NCBI GenBank assembly: GCA_001780985.1 | Contig: MFJV01000001.1 | Span: 103,466-155,293, forward strand | Length of the DNA stretch: 51,828 bases | Direction of reading: 5' to 3' | DNA from: Candidatus Gottesmanbacteria bacterium RIFCSPLOWO2_01_FULL_43_11b | Lineage (GTDB): Bacteria > Patescibacteriota > Microgenomatia > UBA10105 > UBA927 | Shown here: piece by piece, positions 8,957 through 17,801 of the stretch | Position numbering within the stretch: the stretch's first letter is position 1 | How the letters are laid out: every line of letters begins with the position of its first letter | Program-made: the position numbers and the translations under genes | Notes under the pieces: generated by a model | What the model saw: only the letters and a program-made list of their open reading frames with translations | The model's database searches: none | Told to the model about the DNA's origin: nothing

Positions 8957-9835
8957 AAAGATACTTTAAGCGCATTCCACGCTTTTTATTATAATGTAGG
9001 CAAGTAATAATTTAGCCTCAAAAACTAGCCCCTGTAGTGACCTAGGACGGCTAAATATTAACCACGACGTATAGGTTTAATCATCGTCTGGTAGGGAAGA
9101 AATAAATTTTTGTTTTAAAGTTCATTTTGCGATGATTCATAAAGCGTCGTAAAACGGACGCAGTCTTTTGCGAAGGATGGCTTCGCCATACGTCGCAAAA
9201 GATATATTGTGCGACTATATAGTTTTCCTTCCCTGTTTAGCTGTTAATGACAAAAAATTGTCAAAGTTTAGCTCTAAGAGAGGAGGTACACTTAAAGGCA
9301 ATTAAAAGGAGGGCTTATGACCTCAAAGAGTGGTTACTGTGCTATCCTACGCTATTTTGAGAGACAATCGTGCTTCTCTAAACGGTCATTCGGGTTTTTT
9401 ATTACGTCGCATAACTGGCGCCTCATTATGCTCCAAAGCATGATTTTCAAGGCTGAATAACTAGCACTTCGACAAGCTCAGTGCAGTGAGTTTCTGTTTT
9501 CGGCTTTTTTTAGCCTATTGGTACGCTCTAAAGTAATACTTTCGAGGCTGAATTGACGAAGTAATTTTTTAAGTTGATATCGAAATTAGAGCGTAGTAAC
9601 AATCCAAACCATCACTTTATCGCACACATTGTGTACTCAAGGGAGAGTGCGATGCTCCGTTTGTGAAATGCAGCAACCTTATTCCGTGAAAGAAATTATC
9701 CACATTCGTATGTGGATTCGCTCCACATAAGGTCCTATAGTTATCACTTTTGAAGCTAATAACTATATCAAACTATACCTTCCCCTCTCTCTCTGGCAAA
9801 GCCAGATCCTGCTCTGCAGGACCCTCCTCTCTCCC
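8957..9835. other. 880-bp ORF-free, hairpin-rich region (candidate ncRNA, regulatory or terminus-associated locus)
   Basis: No ORF of 60 aa or more on either strand. Serial perfect stems listed in findings. One perfect DnaA-box 9-mer. A 47-codon ORF with a strong SD at 9317-9460. Confidence 0.35.
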
Positions 9836-10675
9836 CTATACTGTCCCTCGCCACCGGGTTGCCAGAATGAGAATTGAAAATACAATCGAAACTACGCCTA
9901 AAAATTCAATAATCGTTTTCTTGTAGAGCCTCTCAGTGAGATACTGTTGTCCCATCCCTACGAGACCATAAAAACACGTCGTTAAAAATAAAGCTATAAG
10001 TGTTGTTGAAACCGGCCAAAAAGACAAAATCCACGATAGCTCCATAAGAACAACAGTAAGTGCAATACTCACTCTCCCCACTCGCCCACTAATTCGGGCT
10101 GTTAATTCCATTGCCCAAAGTGAATCGATAATGAGAAAAAAACTAATAATTCCGATTAAAAGTACATTTGAATAATGTGGGAGTCGAAAAGCCAAAACTA
10201 TCTGGGTTAAGAGGAAATAAGTCAAAAGTGAGAGTAAAAATCCTACGGAATGCGCTGCGCGAAAAAGTGCAATGGTCCGTTCTGCCGCAACATTATAAAT
10301 ATTTTCAGTTAAAAGCAGCGCGTATATGCCAATGCTATATAAAATTACAACGGGAAGACGTGTAAGCCATCGAACCGGCAAAAGAAAATAAAATAATCCA
10401 ACCGCTGCCGTAAAAAGTGTCGGTAATGTCAGGAGTGTCAGCCATTCAATCCCTGACAGATCCTCGCGGAGTGCAAATGCGGTTCCGAGAAATGTCAGAA
10501 GTGATAAAGCTGCTACCATTGTATAACGAAGTTCTGCCGGAGCAAGCTGTGTAAGCACCATACCCGCTGCGAGAATAAAGGTAATAATGACAAACTGTTG
10601 CCGTTTTGAAAGTTTTGTTCTTCTTTCCCACCGTTTATATCGGTATTGAAAAAATTTTGAAATACTTTTTATCAT
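9836..10675 (-). CDS. Hypothetical polytopic membrane protein
   Basis: 279 aa, about 8 hydrophobic segments. Start overlaps the yebC stop by 4 nt (operon). Confidence 0.6.
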   Translation of the reverse strand: MIKSISKFFQYRYKRWERRTKLSKRQQFVIITFILAAGMVLTQLAPAELRYTMVAALSLLTFLGTAFALREDLSGIEWLTLLTLPTLFTAAVGLFYFLLPVRWLTRLPVVILYSIGIYALLLTENIYNVAAERTIALFRAAHSVGFLLSLLTYFLLTQIVLAFRLPHYSNVLLIGIISFFLIIDSLWAMELTARISGRVGRVSIALTVVLMELSWILSFWPVSTTLIALFLTTCFYGLVGMGQQYLTERLYKKTIIEFLGVVSIVFSILILATRWRGTV

Positions 10676-11181
10676 ACGTTCGTTTGCACGCTCGTAATAT
10701 CCTCGAGGTTTTCAAGTTCACTCACAAGCTCTCTGACTTTTGCCTCTACCGAAGGGTCTAGTTGCATTTTTGTTTGAAAAAGATACTTTACTGAACCCGG
10801 AGTGGAAAGTGATGCTTTGTTTTTTTCCAAAACGTACTTTATTTGAGAAACTGTCCTCGCACGGTTATCTGTTTGTGCCTCAATAATAAAAGCAGATCCT
10901 CCCGGTCCAAATCCTTCGTATGTAAGGCGTTCAAATGATCCGGCATCTCCCCCGGATGCCCGTACAATCGCCCGGTCAATTGTATCTTTTGGCATATTTA
11001 CTTCCCGGGCTTTTTCAATTGCAAGCCGCAGGTGGTAATTTTTTTCCGGGTCAGTGATTCCCCCACCCTCCCGTACGGCAATCGTAATTCCCCTACTGAT
11101 TCGGGTAAATGCAGCGCTTTTTACTGCGTCAGTTCCTGCTTTTTGGTGTTTGACTTTACTCCACTTCGAATGGCCGCTCAT
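10672..11181 (-). CDS. yebC: YebC/PmpR-family transcriptional regulator (short form)
   Basis: Conserved N-terminus MSGHSKWSKVKHQKAGTDAVKSAAFTRISRGITIAVREGGG..., used to choose ATG 11181 rather than the track start 11220. Confidence 0.85.
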   Translation of the reverse strand: MSGHSKWSKVKHQKAGTDAVKSAAFTRISRGITIAVREGGGITDPEKNYHLRLAIEKAREVNMPKDTIDRAIVRASGGDAGSFERLTYEGFGPGGSAFIIEAQTDNRARTVSQIKYVLEKNKASLSTPGSVKYLFQTKMQLDPSVEAKVRELVSELENLEDITSVQTNV

Positions 11182-11243
11182 TGTATTTAGCATTGTACTT
11201 ACTCTATTGACTTTTCTCAAGAATCCGTTACACTCCCTTCGTT

Positions 11244-11957
11244 ATGCCTGCTAACAATCCCATTTCTTCAGATAAAGCAATTGAAGCTGCGCTGAGTCAA
11301 AACTGGAAAGAAGCGATTCGCATTAATACCGGGCTTGTAAAAAAGGATAAATCGAATATTGATTCACTCAATAGACTCGGATTTGCATACCTCAAAAGCG
11401 GTCAGATGACCAAAGCCAAACGAATCTTTCAAAAAGTTCTCAAGCTTGATCCCTATAACCAAATAAGCCTCAAGAATTTGAAGCGGTTGACAAGTTTGAA
11501 AAGAAAATCACTGCAAGGGAGCGCTAATCAATCAATTTCTCCGCTTTTTTTTCTTGAAGAGCCGGGGAAAACAAAAATAGCATCACTTATTAATCTTGCA
11601 CCAACCCAGGTCCTCTCGTCCGTCTCCCCCGGTCAGGAGGTATTTTTAAAAGCAAAAAATCATGTTGTGGAAATTCGTGACGGGAAAAATAGCTACATCG
11701 GTGCGTTACCCGATGATCTTTCGTTTCGTCTGATTCGGCTCCTCACCGGCGGCAACAGTTACAAGATTGTTGTTAAAGGTATTGCAAAAAATTCCCTTAC
11801 TGTCCTTATTCGGGAAATTTCCCGGGGGAAACGGTATGCGCAACATCCGTCATTTACCCCGTCAGTAAGCTTTGTTCCCATGGGCCGTCAACCGATGGGT
11901 GAAAAACCGGATGTTACGGTAACTGGTGAAGAAGAGGACGGCCAACAAACAGAATAA
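11244..11957 (+). CDS. TPR-repeat-containing protein
   Basis: N-terminal TPR-like repeats (NRLGFAYLKSGQMTKAKRIFQKVLKLDPYN). C-terminal domain unassigned. Confidence 0.55.
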   Translation: MPANNPISSDKAIEAALSQNWKEAIRINTGLVKKDKSNIDSLNRLGFAYLKSGQMTKAKRIFQKVLKLDPYNQISLKNLKRLTSLKRKSLQGSANQSISPLFFLEEPGKTKIASLINLAPTQVLSSVSPGQEVFLKAKNHVVEIRDGKNSYIGALPDDLSFRLIRLLTGGNSYKIVVKGIAKNSLTVLIREISRGKRYAQHPSFTPSVSFVPMGRQPMGEKPDVTVTGEEEDGQQTE

Positions 11958-12780
11958 TATCAACCTGTTCATCTAAATTTCCTTCAAAATTAGAGACAAC
12001 AGAACAACCGAGTTGTCTCGCTAAAAAGGTAATGGTGACGCTTGATAGTGCGTTTGATTTCCCGGTCAATTGACACGTTTGGGATACTTCGTGGGTGCTA
12101 TTTCCGACAATTACCACATTCCCGCCAAGGTGTGAAACCACTCGTGCCATACGCCCCCCCAACGTAGGCATTGTTGTTGTGTTATATACGCCGAGAGGAA
12201 TTGCTTCCTGCCGTACCCGAATATCTTCAAATTCATTTCCTATAAGGGTATCGAGTTTCACCGTGTCTATCTCGATACTTTCGGATCCGTCAGGTAACGT
12301 CATTTTTTTGAGTCCTGAGGACTCTGAAAGATCAAGACTAACTGTGTTTATGGGAGTCATGTTACTCTGAATACGAACGAGTTGAAGCCAGATACGGAGT
12401 GGAATGTTTGTCGGAATCGATGTGGTTATACGGCCAATAGTTCCCCGGGAAGAAAACGGAGGTAGTGACGTAGGTCCGACATACCACGACACCGGAATCC
12501 CCAAAGCAACGCCAATTGAATCAGCAAGGAGAGTTGAATCGTTATTGAGTTTACCAAGCTCCCAAAGAGATGATACGGGATATATCCCATATCCCCGGAC
12601 GGCTTCAATACGCGTGTCTTTTGGAATACGGACAATAACCCCCCGATTCTTTATGGTATCCCACGACCACACGACAACCGGATCTCCTGATAAAACAACG
12701 GTGATCCGGTCGAATTTTCCGCTACGAAGAAAAAAGAACAGGAGAATAAGAGCTGCAACTATCAGGAATAATCGTCCCAT
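11914..12780 (-). CDS. LytR/CpsA/Psr-like protein with LytR_C-type C-terminal domain
   Basis: N-terminal TM. IVRIPKDTRIE...LADSIGVALGIPVSWYV resembles a degenerate LCP core. C-terminal LGVYNTTTMPTLGGRMARVVSHLGGNVVIVGNS fits LytR_C. ATG 12780 chosen (the track start is GTG 12786). Confidence 0.5.
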   Translation of the reverse strand: MGRLFLIVAALILLFFFLRSGKFDRITVVLSGDPVVVWSWDTIKNRGVIVRIPKDTRIEAVRGYGIYPVSSLWELGKLNNDSTLLADSIGVALGIPVSWYVGPTSLPPFSSRGTIGRITTSIPTNIPLRIWLQLVRIQSNMTPINTVSLDLSESSGLKKMTLPDGSESIEIDTVKLDTLIGNEFEDIRVRQEAIPLGVYNTTTMPTLGGRMARVVSHLGGNVVIVGNSTHEVSQTCQLTGKSNALSSVTITFLARQLGCSVVSNFEGNLDEQVDIILFVGRPLLHQLP

Positions 12781-12929
12781 TACCACTCTTTCTTGCCCTT
12801 TTTAATGATGGTTACCTGCGGCAGTTGCCAGCTTGCTCCGCTTGAGAGCTGCTTCGAGGCTTTCTTTTCAAGATGGGACTTTTTTTGCTTCTTTTTCTTT
12901 CCGCTGTAGTAATCTCCAAAACTCGCCAT
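12780..12929 (-). CDS. Small lysine-rich protein (49 aa), below the ORF-track cutoff
   Basis: MASFGDYYSGKKKKQKKSHLEKKASKQLSSGASWQLPQVTIIKKGKKEW. SD AAAGGAG lies 8 nt upstream. Stop TAA overlaps the ATG of the downstream LCP-like gene (TAATG). Confidence 0.4.
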   Translation of the reverse strand: MASFGDYYSGKKKKQKKSHLEKKASKQLSSGASWQLPQVTIIKKGKKEW

Positions 12930-13004
12930 AGATTTAACTCCTTTTCTTTATTGTAAAGTCATTTTCCTTTGAGATCAACCCCGCCTGTACTTGACAAAAG
13001 CTCT

Positions 13005-14726
13005 CTACCCCAACCCGTGCTCGATCTTGAGCCGTGTGACTTTGCCGGCAATATCTTCTCCGGGTACTCCAAAATCCGTTAATAATTTTCCAACAATTGA
13101 AATTGCTGCTTCAAATTCCGGCTGGACAATTGTGTGAACCCCTAAGGATTTAAGATGGCGTTGGTCTTCTTCATGGTGGGTTCTACAGATAATTCTAATT
13201 CTTCTGTTTAATGATTTGGCATTGGTAATGACTAATTCCTGGGTGTGACGATCCGGGATTGCGATGACAACCGCACGGGCTTTATCAACCTGCGCATAGT
13301 CGAGAGTCTCACGGTCAGCCGGATCACCGTATACAGTCATTACACCTTTCTGCCGCAATTCTTTAATTGTGGCGCTGTTGTAATCAACGACTAAATACGG
13401 GATTTTTGCCATCTCAAGAGCACGGCCTATATATCTACCCACCCTTCCGTACCCGCATAAAACCACATGATCTGAAACCGGTAATCCTTCCCGGCCTATA
13501 AATGTTTCTTCTTTCTCTGGAAAAATTTTCGGGAACTTCCCTAATGTCTTTCGAAAACCTCCGTAGAGAGCCGGAATACTTGTCATAAGCGGGGTACTTA
13601 AGAATATTGAAAGGAATACGATGGCAACAAGGAGACTATACTGGTCATTTGTTATCATTTTTAATCCTAAGCTTTCTTTACCGAGAATGAATCCGAATTC
13701 ACTCATTGAGGTTAACATTACTCCCATACTGAATGCTGTTATTCTGTGGTAGCCGATAAATCGTCCCAGACCCATAACCACAAACCATTTGAAAAATATG
13801 GCAAAGAATGTCACGCTAAGGAGCATCGGCCAAAATGCAAACAACTTCGTAACAGGTAAAACCATGCCTAACGTAACAAAAAATACAACGCTAAAAAGAT
13901 CCCGAAGCGGCCGGATCTCACTAAACACCGCATGATTTTGACTTGTTTCAGCTACGAGTAATCCTGCAAGGAACGCGCCAACTGCCGGAGAGAGTCCGAT
14001 ACTAAAGCTTACCAAAGCTGCGAAAAAAACTAAGCCGACAACAACAAGGAGAAATAGTTCGCGGCTTCTCATTGTTGATACGGCATTCATAAGTCTCGGC
14101 ACTCCCCTCTTGCCCAGTGCAATAATCAAAAGGAGAAGAACTGTTGCTTTGAGTAAACTAACTAAAATAGAAGCAATAAGACTACCGAAAGATGATGTTG
14201 CCAGTTGTCCTGATGCTATTGAAGGAAGAAGGAGAAGCATCGGAACCACTGCCAAATCTTGAATTACCAACCATCCCGTAGCAATTTCTCCCGGAAGTGT
14301 ATCCAGTTGTCCCTTATCAGAAAGCACTTTGATAACAACAGCTGTTGAAGAAAGCGATGCTGCCATGGCAAAAATTAATGAAGGTAAAAATCCAAGACCG
14401 AACGCAAAAAATACAAGTAAAAAAACAAGGAGTGTCATGACTATCTGAAACGTTGCCGCCCAGGCAATTGTCCCCATAATTTTTCGTAAACGTTGGAAAG
14501 AAAATTCAACTCCTAAAGTAAAAAGGAGCAGTGTAACTCCGCCGTCAGCAAGAACTTCAAGCATGGATCTATTGAGAACCCCCGGTAATATATTTCCTAC
14601 GAATACTCCTCCCGCAATGTAGCCTAGGAGAATCGGGAGTTTGAGGCGTTTTGCAATCACTCCACCACCGATTGCTGCAGAGAGAATAAGGAGAAGTGTA
14701 GTAATAAGTGACAAACTGGAGTTCAC
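13005..14726 (-). CDS. Cation:proton antiporter (CPA2, Kef-type) with C-terminal RCK/TrkA-N domain
   Basis: 573 aa, 12-13 TM segments, then VVLCGYGRVGRYIGRAL...VVDYN Rossmann-type RCK. Confidence 0.9.
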   Translation of the reverse strand: MNSSLSLITTLLLILSAAIGGGVIAKRLKLPILLGYIAGGVFVGNILPGVLNRSMLEVLADGGVTLLLFTLGVEFSFQRLRKIMGTIAWAATFQIVMTLLVFLLVFFAFGLGFLPSLIFAMAASLSSTAVVIKVLSDKGQLDTLPGEIATGWLVIQDLAVVPMLLLLPSIASGQLATSSFGSLIASILVSLLKATVLLLLIIALGKRGVPRLMNAVSTMRSRELFLLVVVGLVFFAALVSFSIGLSPAVGAFLAGLLVAETSQNHAVFSEIRPLRDLFSVVFFVTLGMVLPVTKLFAFWPMLLSVTFFAIFFKWFVVMGLGRFIGYHRITAFSMGVMLTSMSEFGFILGKESLGLKMITNDQYSLLVAIVFLSIFLSTPLMTSIPALYGGFRKTLGKFPKIFPEKEETFIGREGLPVSDHVVLCGYGRVGRYIGRALEMAKIPYLVVDYNSATIKELRQKGVMTVYGDPADRETLDYAQVDKARAVVIAIPDRHTQELVITNAKSLNRRIRIICRTHHEEDQRHLKSLGVHTIVQPEFEAAISIVGKLLTDFGVPGEDIAGKVTRLKIEHGLG

Positions 14727-15382
14727 GCTACCTTCATCATATCATCTGGAATGGGTGCTTCAACTGTTACAAGTTTTTTCGTTGACGGATGCGTAAAAGA
14801 AATTTTCCATGCATGGAGCATAACCCGCCCCACCACTTGTCTATCAGCCCGGGAAGTTTTGCGTCCTGCATATAGATAATCGCCGACAATGGGGTGATTT
14901 ATATATTTGAGATGGACTCTTATTTGGTGAGTTCTGCCGGTTTGGGGATATAGTTCAACGAATGAATAATTATCATCCGATTTTCTTACTTTGTATTTTG
15001 TCATTGCCTCGCGTCCTCCGGGTACAATCCCGAACCGCTCCCTATTCCACGGAAGTCTCCCGACGGGTGCCCGTATTTCTCCCTCCTCTGGTACAAGACT
15101 CCCATGGACAATCGCGAGATATGTTTTATGTATTTCCCGTTCTTTAAATTGCCTCTGGAGTTCAAAAAACACATGGGGCGTTTTTGCGATCAAAAGACAA
15201 CCCGAAGTTTCTTTATCAATCCGATGAACGATTCCGGATCGTTCAACCTGACTGGTAAGTTTTTTTCCTGCCCAGTCTTCAATTGTTTCTTCTTTGACGC
15301 TCTGTGCGCGGTTGACGACAATACCGGGGGGTTTATTGATGACAAGTAAATCTTCGTCTTCAAACAAAATGGGGATTTTCAT
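14723..15382 (-). CDS. RluA-family pseudouridine synthase (no S4 domain)
   Basis: LLVINKPPGIVVNR, catalytic HRIDKETSGCLLIAKT, RTHQIRVHL. Confidence 0.9.
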   Translation of the reverse strand: MKIPILFEDEDLLVINKPPGIVVNRAQSVKEETIEDWAGKKLTSQVERSGIVHRIDKETSGCLLIAKTPHVFFELQRQFKEREIHKTYLAIVHGSLVPEEGEIRAPVGRLPWNRERFGIVPGGREAMTKYKVRKSDDNYSFVELYPQTGRTHQIRVHLKYINHPIVGDYLYAGRKTSRADRQVVGRVMLHAWKISFTHPSTKKLVTVEAPIPDDMMKVA

Positions 15383-15751
15383 TCATTTTTTTGTTGATTT
15401 TTCTTTTTCGTGGGTTAGACAAAGTGTTGCTGTCGGAAGTATTGCAAGTCTATCCGTATCAATCATTGCGCCGCAGACACTGCAAAATCCATAGGTACCG
15501 CTCCCTATTCGTAAAAGTGCTTCGTCAATTGAAGTTACCTGTGCTTTAAGTTCTTCGACAAGTGCGGTAAATCTGTCATGACTGCTTTCCTCATTTGCTT
15601 CGGAATCAGAGGCAGCATTATCATTTGCCCGATCGGGATTGCTGAATGGATCCTGTTTCGTCAGCTCCTCTATCCGAATCATTACCCGCTTCTTTTCCTC
15701 CTCGAGATGTTTCCGTATGCCGTTAAGAAGTTCGTTTGGAAATCCTGTCAT
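15383..15751 (-). CDS. DksA/TraR-family zinc-finger protein
   Basis: Coiled-coil N-terminus, C-terminal GFCSVCGAMIDTDRLAILPTATLC. Confidence 0.75.
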   Translation of the reverse strand: MTGFPNELLNGIRKHLEEEKKRVMIRIEELTKQDPFSNPDRANDNAASDSEANEESSHDRFTALVEELKAQVTSIDEALLRIGSGTYGFCSVCGAMIDTDRLAILPTATLCLTHEKEKSTKK

Positions 15752-16526
15752 ACATTGTCCGGAAAAGCATTCTTCCTTTCTCTCTTCCGCCTCCTCTCAC
15801 ATAAAAAGCGCCAAGTGCTTCTGCAAAAAAGGCAACAAGAATCCACTGGTTGGCGCTTATTCCCAAATAGTATACCGTAGACTGTTTGAAGAATTCAAGC
15901 ACAAAGCTTAAAAAGCTGTAGAGGAAAAAAAACCAAATGCCAACGAGACCAAACGACCATTTCTTTTGTGCGGCTTTGCGTTCAATAAAAACCATAATAA
16001 TCCCAAGGATTGCGAGCATGATAATTTCATATAGTTGCACCGGGTGCCTGAGTCCTTCGGAATTAAAGTAGGATACACTCCAGGCAAATGCAGCGGGAAG
16101 GCCGACTTCGCTTCCGTCAAACAAGGATCCAAGTTTTCCCACAATAATTACCCACGGCAGTGTTACTCCTACAATATCTAAAACAAGGCCGACACGGATT
16201 TTATACGCTCGCGAGAGATAGAGTAACGTGAGAATTCCAAAAACAAGTCCGCTAAAAAAAGATAATCCCGGCTGCACCCACAGTGCAACAATTTTAAGCA
16301 TGTTATCGGTAAAAAGTGATGCGTGAGTTAGCACAAATCCGATCCGCGAAAAAACAGCGGCACTTATTGTGCTATAGAACATGAGGTCAAAAATTCTCTC
16401 TTCAGAAACTCCCTGAGTACGGAGTTTTTTCCAAAAAGGGAAGGAGAAAACACACCAGGAAAGAACGAGAAATACACTCAGGCTATAAATATCAATAGGA
16501 CCAACTGATAATAAAATCGGGTACAT
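15723..16526 (-). CDS. lgt: Prolipoprotein diacylglyceryl transferase
   Basis: 267 aa membrane protein. MYPILLSVGPIDIYSLSVF, RHPVQLYE motif. Confidence 0.85.
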   Translation of the reverse strand: MYPILLSVGPIDIYSLSVFLVLSWCVFSFPFWKKLRTQGVSEERIFDLMFYSTISAAVFSRIGFVLTHASLFTDNMLKIVALWVQPGLSFFSGLVFGILTLLYLSRAYKIRVGLVLDIVGVTLPWVIIVGKLGSLFDGSEVGLPAAFAWSVSYFNSEGLRHPVQLYEIIMLAILGIIMVFIERKAAQKKWSFGLVGIWFFFLYSFLSFVLEFFKQSTVYYLGISANQWILVAFFAEALGAFYVRGGGREKGRMLFRTMYDRISKRTS

Positions 16527-16535
16527 TGTATGACT

Positions 16536-17756
16536 TTATGAACTTTTTTTATTATACCTCATCCGAATTGTTCCGTACGTTAAAATAATCGCTCCTAACA
16601 TAAATATTACTTTGCGTATACCAATAACATCAGCTAACACTCCGCCGACAACGACCGGAAGAATCCCCACTCCCCCAACCGCCGCTGTTAAAATACCGTA
16701 GACTCTTCCCCGCATCAATCTACTCGCTCTCCCCTGAAGTGTTGCATTTGCGGGAACATCGAGGAGTGCGTTAGATATTCCAAGTAAGAAAAATAGAATG
16801 AGAACAAGTAGGAGCGGAGCGTTTGCAAGAATCGAAACGACGATGAGAAGTGCTCCTGCAGATATTACACCGATGCGGATTAAAAGTTGCGGGTTTATCC
16901 TATACCCGAAATTACCAACCCAAAGTGCTCCCGCAATAATACCGGCAACTGTGGGTGCAACCACCACCCAAGACACATCGCGAATGTCTATATGAAGCAC
17001 TGTGTCTGCAAAACCTGGCCCCAGTGTTCCCAAAATTGCCAAAATAATTTGCGTGCCGGTCAGAAGAAGTAATGAATCGAAAAGAATTGGAGAAGCTGCA
17101 ACGTAACGTATTCCTTCCTGGAGGAGTCCGAGTATTCGTTCAATTAAGTATACGGGGCTATAGTGAAAAATTTGGGTCAGTGATTTTAACCCTATTCCCT
17201 GAACCGGCAGTCGAAATACCATCATTGCAGCGGTCACGAAAAAGAGAGCAATAACAAGAAGTGACCACTGGCTCCCGAATTGTCGAACAAGAGGACCTGC
17301 AAAAATAAAGCCTATTCCCATACTGCTGTAGTAAGTGAATGAGAAAAGGCTGTTTGCTGAAACGAGGTTTACTTTTGGTACAAATCGGGGGATGAGGGGA
17401 GCTTCAGCCGGTACATAAAACTGGTTGATGAGGGCACTTAAGAAAACAACGAGATAAACTACACCCACGTGATTTCCGTAAAAAAATAGAGTAAGAACAA
17501 GCCATGCACGGATAATGTCGCATGTTATAAGAACAGAACGCCGGTCTAACCGATCGACTATTGCCCCTGCCATCATGCCAAATAATACTGCCGGCACTCC
17601 ATAGGAGAGAAACAATCCGGAAACAGCAGCGTTACTTGCGGTTTTTTGGTAAACGACGAGAGCTAGAACAAAAAGGAGGCTATTTAAAGCAAGTTGTGAA
17701 AAAATTTGTCCTAACCAGAGGTTTCGAAAGTTGGAGTGAGATAAAACAGCATGCAT
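16536..17756 (-). CDS. MFS transporter
   Basis: 406 aa, 12 TM. FRNLWLGQIFSQL, GAIVDRLDRR loop motif. Confidence 0.85.
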   Translation of the reverse strand: MHAVLSHSNFRNLWLGQIFSQLALNSLLFVLALVVYQKTASNAAVSGLFLSYGVPAVLFGMMAGAIVDRLDRRSVLITCDIIRAWLVLTLFFYGNHVGVVYLVVFLSALINQFYVPAEAPLIPRFVPKVNLVSANSLFSFTYYSSMGIGFIFAGPLVRQFGSQWSLLVIALFFVTAAMMVFRLPVQGIGLKSLTQIFHYSPVYLIERILGLLQEGIRYVAASPILFDSLLLLTGTQIILAILGTLGPGFADTVLHIDIRDVSWVVVAPTVAGIIAGALWVGNFGYRINPQLLIRIGVISAGALLIVVSILANAPLLLVLILFFLLGISNALLDVPANATLQGRASRLMRGRVYGILTAAVGGVGILPVVVGGVLADVIGIRKVIFMLGAIILTYGTIRMRYNKKSS

Positions 17757-17801
17757 AACTTATTTTGCAATAGATCCAATCATATCATACAATAAAGGAT
17801 A

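Noticed and set aside
9696-9717. oriC, suggested by a perfect DnaA box TTATCCACA facing an inverted ATCCACA.
   Set aside because: There is only one perfect box. About 0.4 such matches are expected by chance in 52 kb on both strands. The pair can equally be a simple 7-bp hairpin. dnaA is not adjacent. Flanking genes converge on this region rather than diverge from it, which is the opposite of an origin.
8957-9835. tmRNA, RNase P RNA, SRP RNA or a group II intron in the 880-bp ORF-free region.
   Set aside because: No tRNA-like 3' end (GGTTCGA...CCA), no GAGGAAAGTCC or ACAGAACCCGGCTTA-type RNase P motifs, no SRP GNAR/AGCA domain and no intron domain V-like sequence could be found by eye. A covariance-model scan is still needed.
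12095-12805. Plus-strand ORFs 12095-12370 and 12404-12805 opposite the LCP-like gene.
   Set aside because: These are shadow ORFs within a gene that has a TM anchor, LytR_C-like C-terminus and operon coupling.
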